IMG/VR virus record: IMGVR_UViG_3300032167_007466
Coordinates: 45,290-109,289 of that record
DNA: 64,000 nucleotides
Direction: 5' to 3' (one strand)
Source: a virus
Lineage: Duplodnaviria; Caudoviricetes
Positions within the stretch are counted from its first letter, which is position 1, and every line of letters begins with the position of its first letter. Below the pieces are notes generated by a model that was not told the DNA's origin, searched no databases, and was given only the letters and a program-made list of their open reading frames with translations. The position numbers and the translations under genes were made by a program. Positions 9,085-18,517 of this stretch are shown piece by piece.

Positions 9085-9306
9085 TCAATTTTCTGTAAAA
9101 ACTCCGCTATTGATGCAAACAGTAATTAACACATGCCCATTATTGCCCGGGGCTATAGCCGTAAGTGTTGCCTCTTTATATCTACTCATCTTTTTTTTAT
9201 CCTCTAAAGAAAAATCGTCAACATAACTATATTCTTCATTTGTTGCATCTTCAACCAATATATCGCAATCTACAACCATATATCCACTAATATCTTTTAA
9301 TTTCAT
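9085..9306 (-). CDS. Hypothetical protein in a self-contained moron
   Basis: GGAGG RBS; own promoter (9331-9359) and terminator (9029-9063). Confidence 0.7.
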   Translation of the reverse strand: MKLKDISGYMVVDCDILVEDATNEEYSYVDDFSLEDKKKMSRYKEATLTAIAPGNNGHVLITVCINSGVFTEN

Positions 9307-9330
9307 AACAAAACCCTCCTTTCATATGTT

Positions 9331-9359
9331 ATTATACCAAATTAATCTTGAAAATTCAA
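9331..9359 (-). promoter_or_regulatory. sigmaA promoter
   Basis: TTGAAT, 17 nt, TGGTATAAT. Confidence 0.7.
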
Positions 9360-9423
9360 GTCTGTATGAGTGATTTATGTATTTAATTGTCAAGGTTCAA
9401 ATTAATATTTTTCAAAAACCGCT

Positions 9424-9627
9424 TTATTTTCCGTTTACTTGATTATAAATGTAATGTAATTTGTCTTGTGCTTCTGTTTCCGTTTCTGCCTCTGCAAGTG
9501 CAAAATTACCGCATAAATTAATACTTGCATATATGATAAAATTCTTCTGTTCGTGTTCCGGCTCTGATATATAAATACTTGTTATTTGTGCCGTGTTCAA
9601 TAGTCTTTTATTGTCATGTGTTTTCAT
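9424..9627 (-). CDS. Hypothetical protein
   Basis: AGGAG RBS. Confidence 0.6.
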   Translation of the reverse strand: MKTHDNKRLLNTAQITSIYISEPEHEQKNFIIYASINLCGNFALAEAETETEAQDKLHYIYNQVNGK

Positions 9628-9662
9628 CGTGTCCGTGCTCCTACTGTCAAGCAATTTAAAAA

Positions 9663-10049
9663 TTAATCAATATAGCAGTTAATAACCGTTGCAAACTGTC
9701 TCATATTTTCCGCTATTGTCTGCCGTTCCTCTGCTCTTTTTTGATCTGATTCCCAACCGTCAACACCTTTAAAAAGTTTGTTGTATGTTTCTATTGGTTT
9801 TAAGTTGTGCAGATAATAAAGGCGATTTTCTGCAATAATAACCGCATCTATAATATCAGCAATACCACTACCCCAAAGTCCAGCACTTCTCAAAGATTTA
9901 AAATGTTCTATTTGTTTATTTGGCTGCAAATCCTTAAATTTGCAGATATTCCGCACAACTCCGCATGTTTTGTTGTTTTCCGTGTTTACAACTGTAATTG
10001 ATGTTTTACCTATTTTTATATGCTTGTTTTCAAGTTCTGAAATGTGCAT
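9663..10049 (-). CDS. Hypothetical protein
   Basis: GGAGG RBS. Confidence 0.65.
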   Translation of the reverse strand: MHISELENKHIKIGKTSITVVNTENNKTCGVVRNICKFKDLQPNKQIEHFKSLRSAGLWGSGIADIIDAVIIAENRLYYLHNLKPIETYNKLFKGVDGWESDQKRAEERQTIAENMRQFATVINCYID

Positions 10050-10089
10050 TTTGACAACCTCCAAAATTTACTATAAAATCATTATTCAA

Positions 10090-10377
10090 TTACCAAGCAA
10101 TATGTAAAAATCTATCCCCATGCACATTATAAAAATTATCTTCTTTTGTTTCCCATACTCTAAAACCCTTTGCAATGAAATAGTTTTTTACTTCGTTGTA
10201 TTCCTCAATCCATCTAATTTTAGTCATAAAGGATGTAACGCCCTTTTTAGCTGATTTTTTAACATCTGCTTTTAATGTTCTGATAATGCTTTTGACTTCC
10301 TTTTTATAGCTCTTTTGTGCTTTTCTTGTTTCCTTTTGTGCTAAACCTCTAACCGCTTTAATATTAAATACCATCAT
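10090..10377 (-). CDS. Basic hypothetical protein
   Basis: AGGAG RBS. Confidence 0.65.
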   Translation of the reverse strand: MMVFNIKAVRGLAQKETRKAQKSYKKEVKSIIRTLKADVKKSAKKGVTSFMTKIRWIEEYNEVKNYFIAKGFRVWETKEDNFYNVHGDRFLHIAW

Positions 10378-10424
10378 TTTTTTATTCTCCTTTTAATTTG
10401 ATTTTTTAGTGTAAAGTAATTTAA

Positions 10425-10688
10425 TTATTTAATAACTAATTTAATAAAATTAAGTATGTAAGCAATACCACAACACAAAAAGCCTTGTAAAAGTTGTGTG
10501 ATAATTTGTGTAAATGGTATGTTGTTGTTGTCTGATGTTCCTGCCGTGCCTATAATCCATATAACACCGCAAAAAGCACATAGAAAAGTTAATATTTTTA
10601 AAATGGTTATAACTGCACTTTTAAAGCGACTTTTTAACAAGTCTATATTGATATATATAGTCTGTTTTTCTGTTGTTATAGTTAGCAT
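10425..10688 (-). CDS. Small membrane protein
   Basis: Two hydrophobic helices. Confidence 0.65.
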   Translation of the reverse strand: MLTITTEKQTIYINIDLLKSRFKSAVITILKILTFLCAFCGVIWIIGTAGTSDNNNIPFTQIITQLLQGFLCCGIAYILNFIKLVIK

Positions 10689-11074
10689 TATTGCACCGCC
10701 TTTTTTAATTCTCTATAAATTAAATTTGTCAAAAGTTTTTCTGCATCCGCTTCTGAATATTTGCTTTTTTCTGCTTCTGTTTCTTCTAATATAACCGCTA
10801 AATCATTAACCGCACTTCTGTTGTAAAAATAACATGTATCAATTACAGAAGGTAAACCGCTACACCAATCAAAAAATATTTCTTGTTCTGAGTAATTTTT
10901 GTAGCCGTCATTATATCGCTTTTCAGTAAGAAAACAATTATAAATAAATTTTGCTATTGCTTCAAATGTTTTTGGCTCTTCTGTTGTGCCGTCATCATAA
11001 TTACAGAAGTCAAAGTTGTTGATTATGTAATTTTTAATATTTTCTATTGCTTTTTTGCTATTTGTTTTTAACAT
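10688..11074 (-). CDS. Hypothetical protein
   Basis: GGAGG RBS. Confidence 0.7.
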   Translation of the reverse strand: MLKTNSKKAIENIKNYIINNFDFCNYDDGTTEEPKTFEAIAKFIYNCFLTEKRYNDGYKNYSEQEIFFDWCSGLPSVIDTCYFYNRSAVNDLAVILEETEAEKSKYSEADAEKLLTNLIYRELKKAVQ

Positions 11075-11092
11075 AGTTATTCCCTCCGCTTT

Positions 11093-11428
11093 TTATTTCT
11101 GTATTTCTTCAATAAACTTTTCAACAAGTTTTTCAAGCTTCTTTTGTTGTTCTTCGTATTTGATAGAATAATCTTTAAAAAGTGCTTCTGCTTTTGCTTC
11201 GTATTTTTCAGTTATTCTATAATCAATTCTAATTCCCGGCATGCTTCTGTAACCTGTGCAAATTGCTATATTGCCGTTGTCAAGTGAAAATACATCGTAA
11301 TTCCAACCATAAACACCGCTATTATAACCGACTTTGTTTGACCTTCTTAAAAGACATTGTAATTCACAATAACCAATACAATATATTTTTTTGTAACCGT
11401 TCTGTATTTCTTTTCTTGTCATTTTCAT
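11093..11428 (-). CDS. Hypothetical protein
   Basis: GGAGG RBS before ATG 11428. Confidence 0.7.
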   Translation of the reverse strand: MKMTRKEIQNGYKKIYCIGYCELQCLLRRSNKVGYNSGVYGWNYDVFSLDNGNIAICTGYRSMPGIRIDYRITEKYEAKAEALFKDYSIKYEEQQKKLEKLVEKFIEEIQK

Positions 11429-11499
11429 TTTTAATACCTCCAAATATTTCATAGAATTACTGTTTTATAGTGTTTCTGCCCTCTGTTATGCCCTCTGTA

Positions 11500-11844
11500 T
11501 TAATTAATATAATCGTTGTAATCACTCTGTAATTCGCCTTTTATAATCTCATTATGCAGGCACTTAAGCTCCCATTTTAAATAATTTATAGATTGCTTCA
11601 GCATTGCATCAAGTTCTTTTTTGCTGATGCCTTTAAAGTTATCATTTACGGCTTTAAAGTAGTTATATGCTTCGCTGCTAAACTCATAATCGAATAATAT
11701 ACAAGATGTCATATCATAACAGAAATCAAACGCTTTTTTAACCTGATACCATAAATATTGATGATCTGCTTTTTTGGATGCCGTTGTGTTTAGTGCCTTT
11801 ACAGTTTCAATACATTTTAAAACATTGTTATAATTGTATGTCAT
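11500..11844 (-). CDS. Hypothetical protein
   Basis: GGAGG RBS. Confidence 0.65.
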   Translation of the reverse strand: MTYNYNNVLKCIETVKALNTTASKKADHQYLWYQVKKAFDFCYDMTSCILFDYEFSSEAYNYFKAVNDNFKGISKKELDAMLKQSINYLKWELKCLHNEIIKGELQSDYNDYIN

Positions 11845-11850
11845 GATGTT

Positions 11851-12054
11851 TTATGCCTCCTTGCTAAAAATTAAATCACCTTTATTTATAAAGCCTTTAA
11901 AGGTTTTAATTGCATCGTCTGCATCATAGCTTGTATCTGTAATATTATAGTAATTGATTATTACATTAATAATACTGTCGGTTGTTGCTGCATCGTATTT
12001 GGTCTGATTAGATGCTATGTTTTTTAAAGTGTTTTTTAATTCGATAGTATTCAT
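11851..12054 (-). CDS. Hypothetical protein, first gene of the leftward operon
   Basis: AAGGA RBS before ATG 12054. Confidence 0.6.
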   Translation of the reverse strand: MNTIELKNTLKNIASNQTKYDAATTDSIINVIINYYNITDTSYDADDAIKTFKGFINKGDLIFSKEA

Positions 12055-12132
12055 TTTTTGTACCGTCCTTTTTTTAGTTTGGGTCTCAGGTCGCTGCAAA
12101 GTAATTTGTATTAACTACCCTTGACACTTACT

Positions 12133-12194
12133 ATTATAGCAAATAGAGTACACTATTTCAATAGGCAAAATAACAAAAATAGAGTACACTATTT
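12133..12194 (-). promoter_or_regulatory. Leftward sigmaA promoter with two identical 18-bp palindromic operators
   Basis: TTGAAA (12161-12156), 17 nt, TGCTATAAT (12138-12133). AAATAGAGTACACTATTT at 12141-12158 and 12177-12194. Confidence 0.8.
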
Positions 12195-12277
12195 TGTGCA
12201 TATTTACTAACAATATATTGCGTTTTATAGCACATTAAAACATATTAAACACTACATATTGTATATAGGAATGATGT

Positions 12278-12306
12278 TTGACTTTTTTAAAAAAATATGA
12301 TAAAAT
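12278..12306 (+). promoter_or_regulatory. Rightward sigmaA promoter
   Basis: TTGACT, 17 nt, TGATAAAAT. Confidence 0.65.
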
Positions 12307-12339
12307 ATTTTAAAGTTTTTATTGTTTGAGGTCTGAAGA

Positions 12340-12525
12340 ATGGAAGAAAAGAAAAGTACATACAATGCAACCGCACAAAAAAAGTACAATGAAAAAAGAA
12401 AAAAGATAGCCTGCACTGTATACAATGATTTATATGACAAGATAAAGCTGCACGCAAGCAAAAAAGGATTTACAAGTATTAATTCATATGTATTAGATTT
12501 AATAAAAAAAGATATGGAATTGTAA
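12340..12525 (+). CDS. Ribbon-helix-helix (Arc/CopG-like) regulator
   Basis: AQKKYNEK..IACTV..DLYDKIK.HA.KKG.TSINSYVLDLI pattern; divergent from the operator-bearing promoter. Confidence 0.7.
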   Translation: MEEKKSTYNATAQKKYNEKRKKIACTVYNDLYDKIKLHASKKGFTSINSYVLDLIKKDMEL

Positions 12526-12529
12526 ACCG

Positions 12530-13600
12530 TTCCCGGCTTTATGTTTTGAACTGATGAAGGATAGTTATGTTATAAAATTTAGGATATTTTTATAGGTATA
12601 ATTTATAGGATATTTTATACCTATTGTTTATAGTTAAAATTTTAAGTATATAAAATTCAAGTCTATTTTTACGAACCCGTAACCGTTCAGAATTTCAGCA
12701 GATGCAAAACTAAAAAAGCAAGTTAAAAACTTATACAGATAAAACATACTATAATAGTAATAATATTATGGTATGTTTTTTTTAATATCCCGGCTGGGTT
12801 TACATTTTAGAAACCGCATAACAGAGCCATTTTGAGCCTATCTGTTCCATCCACACGTAGACTCCCATTTCAAAACTCAATACACAAAAATAAGAGTATC
12901 AAATTCGATACTCTTTTTCTTTTACCTAAAATCCATCAAATTCATTCGATATCAACTTCGATAAAACCTCACAACAAAGCCATTTAAGGCTCTTTTTTTA
13001 TACTCAAAAATTAATTTAATTTATCAAATCTTTTAAAAATCTCAGAAAAATCAGTATCTTTTACGAAAACAGTCAATTTATATTAAATATCTTAGTCTTC
13101 TCAAAACAGAAATCTCACACAATTCCTTAAAATCTTAGTAATAATCACACTTTTATATCTAAAATATATTTAATCATCGAAGTCTGTTATTTCCATATGT
13201 GCAAAATTATTTCACAATATATTTTTATCTCATCACATTTTAGTGATCATTACAATTCAAAGCAGAAACTTAACCCTTATATCAAACCAACAGAGAATAT
13301 ATGATGTAGGGGTATATTTTACATCTAAAGCAAACTTATGACTATATAACTACCCCCCCACTCAAAAAAATGATAGACAAAAATTTTAAAACAGATATAA
13401 GATTAAAAAGAGAATAATATCTTGAGAGCAAAATTTTAACAAGAAGATTTTAAGGTGAGCGAAGCGAAACTGAATGAGCAGATTTATCTGCGAATGAATA
13501 TGTCTGTTTTATTATATAGGTGTCTATATTATTTCAGTTCCGTAAACGAGGTCTGAACCTCGTCAAAATTCTCAGATTTAAAAATTAAGTGAGGGTAAAA
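12530..13600. other. Long AT-rich non-coding region at the coding-strand switch (candidate origin or terminus region)
   Basis: No ORFs; inverted repeats near 12887-12918 and 13543-13610; two GAGAATA motifs. Confidence 0.4.
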
Positions 13601-13645
13601 CCTCGTTTGCCGTACGCAGGTGAATTTATAAAGGGAGGAATTTTT

Positions 13646-14452
13646 ATTACAAAATACATAACAAAAGAATATTTTACAAGATTTCCTAATGAGTATATAC
13701 GATGCAATATCAAGAAAGATTATGGCGTGAGTAGGAAATTTTACATCATTTATATCTTAATCGACAAGTACCGTTCTTATGAAAACTACAGTTGGATAAC
13801 TATTCGTAAGATATTAAACTTTTACGGATATAAGACAAATAAACATAAACCTAAAGCGGTATATGAAATTTTAGATGTACTGGAATATATGATTAATAAT
13901 AAAATGATTAAAGTATCGCAAGATTTAGATTCTCTTTCTTATGATACTGGCATTGAAATTGAAATCATCCCTGAAAACTTTGATTGTGCTGAAAAGTTTA
14001 CAATGATAACTACATCTCAACTAAACACAATAATGATGGCTGACAGTTCTTTAAACAAAGAGAATATATTATTGGCATTCCTTTATATCAATTCCTATAT
14101 TGGTTGTCGTAGCAAAAAAGATGACGGCACCGAGTACGAGAATGCAAAAGATAATCCTGAAGCTTTCTTTAAAAGCCTTGAATCTATGGCAAAAGAAATA
14201 TCAATGTCTAAAGAAACTATAAATCAAACTCTTGATTATCTTGTTTCTGATGAAAATCATCCTGCTTTACTTATAAGAAAAAATATTGGCAGTATTCCTG
14301 CCACAAAATCACATCCGCCTAAAAATGTTCCTAACATATATGTTTTGAATGAAAATGGATATCAACGAGAAATTAAATGGGCTTTAGATAAAATGTTAGA
14401 GGCGTATGGAGTTGAAAATTTTAACAAAGCTTCTCAAACAAACAGAGAATAA
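13646..14452 (+). CDS. Putative DNA-binding/replication-type protein
   Basis: Long ORF. GGAGG 13634-13638 favours an ATT start at 13646 (the track uses GTG 13589). Helix-turn-helix-like segment SLESMAKEISMSKETINQTL. Confidence 0.6.
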   Translation: MTKYITKEYFTRFPNEYIRCNIKKDYGVSRKFYIIYILIDKYRSYENYSWITIRKILNFYGYKTNKHKPKAVYEILDVLEYMINNKMIKVSQDLDSLSYDTGIEIEIIPENFDCAEKFTMITTSQLNTIMMADSSLNKENILLAFLYINSYIGCRSKKDDGTEYENAKDNPEAFFKSLESMAKEISMSKETINQTLDYLVSDENHPALLIRKNIGSIPATKSHPPKNVPNIYVLNENGYQREIKWALDKMLEAYGVENFNKASQTNRE

Positions 14453-14456
14453 TATA
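14445..14456 (+). promoter_or_regulatory. GAGAATAATATA motif upstream of the RNAP operon
   Basis: Exact copy. Confidence 0.55.
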
Positions 14457-14504
14457 TTAGAATCACCCACTTTATAAATAACAAAAGGAGACTTTAAATA
14501 AATA

Positions 14505-14717
14505 ATGCAAAATGGAGATTACATAAATGACCCTTCAAGATTTGGAGGCAGGATATATTTATCGGATTTTGAAACAGATTATAGAGGTAAAGACAATACC
14601 GCCGGTTCCATTATCGCTTCTCGTATCATTTCAGACTGGCGTTTTGATGAAATGTGTAGGAAAAATTCGATTATTAGAGATAAAAAGAGCAAGAATGATG
14701 GCAAAGGAGGAAATTGA
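14505..14717 (+). CDS. Hypothetical protein
   Basis: AAGGAG RBS; stop abuts the probable RNAP start. Confidence 0.6.
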   Translation: MQNGDYINDPSRFGGRIYLSDFETDYRGKDNTAGSIIASRIISDWRFDEMCRKNSIIRDKKSKNDGKGGN

Positions 14718-14718
14718 C

Positions 14719-17346
14719 ATAGAAGCAACACAATATACACTTGTAAAGATTCCTATTAAAGAACTTATATCTCAGAATTATGAAGTAAACTTAACTCAAG
14801 AGCAGGAAATAAACAATGAATATTTGATAAAACAAGGATCTTCCCCTTTATTTGACCAAATAGAAAGACTTCGTGGGGAATTTTCAACTCACATAAATGA
14901 AATAATCCTAGTGGTTGCAAAGAAGAATCCAAGGCAGGAAAAGGATTTAAGTTATATTTTAGATAAAGGTTTTGTATATAATGGCGTGCATTATAAGCGT
15001 TTTGGAAAATCTGCCTCTCAAGGGAAAGACGGGATTACCGCATTTGTATGTGATGATATCTTTGACGAGTTATATATGGTTACACAAATGGATATTGAGA
15101 TTGAAGAGTGTGTAATATCAAAATATGAAGCACAAAGATGTCTTGTATTTAGTTCCTGTACACTCATTCAGGATTATATGCCTAACATTGTTATTATAGG
15201 AGAATATGAAAAAACACTACGAAATCAGCTAATAAAATATGTTGTTGAAAGGGAACGTGAGTTTGTCGACAAGGAAACAGGTAAAACAAAAAAATATAAT
15301 TCAAGGGAAATTGAAGAGGGTTATAAAGATTTAAAACTTATACCATTTGATGGTTGTGGATGTCACGAAAAAGAGTTTATGGAAATTACCAGCGCCCAGC
15401 TTGGACTAGATTACAATGCTATAGGCAGCCAGATAAGGCTTCCGTTTGTTAAGGGGTATTCTGTTTATGTACCATTCCGAGAAATCCTTAAAGAATGGGG
15501 ATATGAATACATAACCGATATATATGGACATAAGCATCGTATTGATACAATTGATTGTATTTGGAATACGTCTATGTTTAAAGGACATAAAATCTTCAAA
15601 GAAAAATATGGCAACGATGCTTGGATAGAATATATGAATACACTTCGTAAGTATAACTTTAAACTTGGAATAAGCAAATACAGTCATCATATAAAAAACC
15701 TTAATAAGTATACCCGTATGAATTTTCAATATTTACAGTGTTTAGATTTGTGGAATCCTAAATATATTGATTATTGCGAAAATCAAATCGTTGGAGATTA
15801 TGATATTCTTAATAACAAAAATAATGGTAAAATAATTTCGTTAGCTAAGTATACCACTTCACTTTTTGAAAAAATAATCAAAGGTGATAAGTTCTATACA
15901 TACAAATTCATGGGTATATTAGACACCGAAAGTTATGAGCCTGAAAGCAAATATCTTGAAGCTGCACTTGTCAACGATGTAATGTTAAAAGACCCTGCCG
16001 TTAAGCAGTTTATATATCGTAAACTGAAAAAGTCAATTGACGAAGCTAAAGTTGGAAAAATATATTGTTCAGGCTTTTATCATACTGGCGTTGGGGATAT
16101 GATTGGTTATTTACAATATGCGGTTGGTGAAGATCCTGTTGGATGTTTAAATGAAAGAGAGTTGTATAGTGCCAATTTTGAGTCTGGTGATATTATTTCT
16201 TTTCGCTCTCCACTTGTTGATCCTTCGGAAGTGAATAAGATACGGATTGTGCGTAATGACATCTCAAATAAATGGTTTAAACATTTTAAAGACCAAGATG
16301 TTGTTATGTTTAATATGTACGATGTGTCAGCTCCACAACAAGGCGGTGCAGATTTTGACGGAGATATATTTTTACTCTGTAATGAGCCAATAATTATTGA
16401 TTCTAAAATCGATAAGAAAATAATTATTGACATAGATGACAAAACAACTGCAAAAGCAAAACCCTACACAAAAGAAAATATTATTGAGTATGAGGTTATG
16501 ACCAGAGATAATCGTATAGGCGAGATTACAAATTCGGCAACCAGTATTGAAAATAGGTACACTACAAACGAAGATATTAAAGCCTTATATGACAATTATT
16601 CTTCCCTACTACGTGTGTACCAAGGACATGAAATCGACTTTATCAAGACCGGCACTCGATGGCAAATGACAAAGGGATTAAGAAAACATCTAAATCAACT
16701 GCCTTACTTTTTGTTGTTTAATTATCCAAAAAAGATGAAAACCTATATCAAATTAAAAGAAAAAAATAAGTATATCGAAAACCCTCAAGATAAAATCAAA
16801 TTAAACGCATATCACTCCCCTTCTCCCATGAACGAGTTGTGTGACTACGTTTGCGCTTGGGAAAAGAAAAATATATTATGGGACAACCAGTTGCAAGATT
16901 TAATTGATACAAGATGTCTTATTATAAATAACGATTTAGACTTAAACAACAAAAACGCCCTAAAAATTGCACGTAGATATGTAAATTCATACGCTGACGA
17001 ATTAAGAAAACATCTTAATATGAATAAGGACAAGGACAAATCTAATAGCGGAGACTATAAATTCGCAATGGAGAAACTTGTAGAAAAATATAAACAAAAT
17101 TTAAAACGAGATATAAGTTTAAGAGAAGAATTGGTAGCTAATTATGTAATAAAAGCATCTTATGGTAACTTTTCTATCAGCAAGTCGCTTGCTTGGTCGG
17201 CTTATGGAGATTATATAATCAAAAATTTAAAAGCAAATTCAAACCCACAAAGAAACATCTCTATAACTGAAGTCCCCTATCAAACAAATAACTCATATGG
17301 GTATCTTGGAAAGTTTTATGAGTTTAAGGAGGTTGATGTATTATAG
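14719..17346 (+). CDS. yonO: YonO-like single-subunit DNA-dependent RNA polymerase
   Basis: GGADFDGD catalytic motif (16351-16365), FRSP, DG, QIR and KG motifs; SPbeta-like synteny. Start uncertain (ATA 14719 behind GGAGG, or ATG 14695/14698). Confidence 0.88.
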   Translation: MEATQYTLVKIPIKELISQNYEVNLTQEQEINNEYLIKQGSSPLFDQIERLRGEFSTHINEIILVVAKKNPRQEKDLSYILDKGFVYNGVHYKRFGKSASQGKDGITAFVCDDIFDELYMVTQMDIEIEECVISKYEAQRCLVFSSCTLIQDYMPNIVIIGEYEKTLRNQLIKYVVEREREFVDKETGKTKKYNSREIEEGYKDLKLIPFDGCGCHEKEFMEITSAQLGLDYNAIGSQIRLPFVKGYSVYVPFREILKEWGYEYITDIYGHKHRIDTIDCIWNTSMFKGHKIFKEKYGNDAWIEYMNTLRKYNFKLGISKYSHHIKNLNKYTRMNFQYLQCLDLWNPKYIDYCENQIVGDYDILNNKNNGKIISLAKYTTSLFEKIIKGDKFYTYKFMGILDTESYEPESKYLEAALVNDVMLKDPAVKQFIYRKLKKSIDEAKVGKIYCSGFYHTGVGDMIGYLQYAVGEDPVGCLNERELYSANFESGDIISFRSPLVDPSEVNKIRIVRNDISNKWFKHFKDQDVVMFNMYDVSAPQQGGADFDGDIFLLCNEPIIIDSKIDKKIIIDIDDKTTAKAKPYTKENIIEYEVMTRDNRIGEITNSATSIENRYTTNEDIKALYDNYSSLLRVYQGHEIDFIKTGTRWQMTKGLRKHLNQLPYFLLFNYPKKMKTYIKLKEKNKYIENPQDKIKLNAYHSPSPMNELCDYVCAWEKKNILWDNQLQDLIDTRCLIINNDLDLNNKNALKIARRYVNSYADELRKHLNMNKDKDKSNSGDYKFAMEKLVEKYKQNLKRDISLREELVANYVIKASYGNFSISKSLAWSAYGDYIIKNLKANSNPQRNISITEVPYQTNNSYGYLGKFYEFKEVDVL

Positions 17347-17354
17347 AGCAGTAT

Positions 17355-18161
17355 TTGTATGAAATAATTGAAGATTATAAATCTTGTGAAAATAAAGATA
17401 ATATTTTTAATTCTTTCTGTCGCATAATTTGGCAAAGTGATAATAAGAGGAAAGTGTTTACAAAAACAATTCATTACACCGTTAGAAAAGATTTGTTAAA
17501 CACAGATGTTGGTAAAGTGTTTGATTGTTGGTCTGATGTGGAGTATAAAGGCTATAAGGCTATGTCAACTGAAAATGATTGGTGCAGTCTTATACGACAG
17601 AAAATAAACAATCTTTATACTCGATATTTTGATAAAGAAGTAATTCTTAATAAAGATTATATGCATTTATTGAACACACCAAAAAGATTATATTACAGAT
17701 GGATTGACGGAGACGAAATGGATGCTGATGAGTTGACTGTTATCATTGATGACGCGATTGACAAGGCAATTAAATTAAAACCCATATATCAAAAACAAAA
17801 GATGTCGCTATCTTGGCAGGAATATAAAACCTTGATAGAGGTGTTCCTAAGGAAGATTTTTGACAGATGCAAGACAATCAACGAGTATGAAGATAGAAAC
17901 ATTAAAATTCGGTTGTATGATTTTGCAAACGAAGATAATTTTTACATACGATATTTTTGTAAATGTCTTGAGGGTGAAATGTTGAAATATCAAAAGCAAT
18001 ACTATGGTGTAAGGGATCATAAAAAATACAAAAGGTGTAAAACTTGTGGTTCTTTAATTGAAAATGACGCAAAAAATCGCCAATATTGTGATAGTTGTAA
18101 AAAGAAAAAAAGAAAAGAAATAAATCACAATTACTACATTAAGACTGTTTTAAAATCATAG
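17355..18161 (+). CDS. Hypothetical protein with C-terminal zinc finger (possible RNAP accessory factor)
   Basis: CKTCG..YCDSC; directly after the RNAP gene. Confidence 0.7.
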   Translation: MYEIIEDYKSCENKDNIFNSFCRIIWQSDNKRKVFTKTIHYTVRKDLLNTDVGKVFDCWSDVEYKGYKAMSTENDWCSLIRQKINNLYTRYFDKEVILNKDYMHLLNTPKRLYYRWIDGDEMDADELTVIIDDAIDKAIKLKPIYQKQKMSLSWQEYKTLIEVFLRKIFDRCKTINEYEDRNIKIRLYDFANEDNFYIRYFCKCLEGEMLKYQKQYYGVRDHKKYKRCKTCGSLIENDAKNRQYCDSCKKKKRKEINHNYYIKTVLKS

Positions 18162-18240
18162 TTTTAGGCTTAGTTATGCCGTTCATAAAGATTTTCAACT
18201 TCGTATATATACAGTATAGGATAAAGAAACAATTAGCTAT

Positions 18241-18268
18241 AAAGCATCGTTTAAAGACGGTGCTTTTT
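18241..18268 (+). terminator. Intrinsic terminator
   Basis: AAAGCATCGT-ttaaag-ACGGTGCTTTTT. Confidence 0.7.
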
Positions 18269-18295
18269 ATATTACAAAAAATAATTTAAGAAAGA

Positions 18296-18517
18296 GTGAT
18301 AATTATAATTCCTATAACAAAGGACGAGGCACAAAAATTGAATAAGGTTTATAAGATACAGTTTCATAGAGATAATGGTATATCTTCTACTTATTCAAAA
18401 CCTAAGAAATTTTATCTTACGCCTGTTAAACGCAATATTAACGCACTTAACGAAATCAGAGGTGTAAAAACTTACAAAAATAAACCTAATTTTGAGAATA
18501 AGAGAGTTGGTGTATAA
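18296..18517 (+). CDS. Hypothetical protein
   Basis: ORF abutting the next gene. Confidence 0.6.
   Translation: MIIIIPITKDEAQKLNKVYKIQFHRDNGISSTYSKPKKFYLTPVKRNINALNEIRGVKTYKNKPNFENKRVGV

Noticed and set aside
1630-11467. CRISPR array
   Set aside because: The repeats are 16-bp, degenerate and separated by whole genes; no cas genes and no regular spacers anywhere in the window.
14527-14694. Long N-terminal extension of the RNAP ORF
   Set aside because: Overlaps the RBS-led ORF 14505-14717; the best RBS is at 14706-14710.
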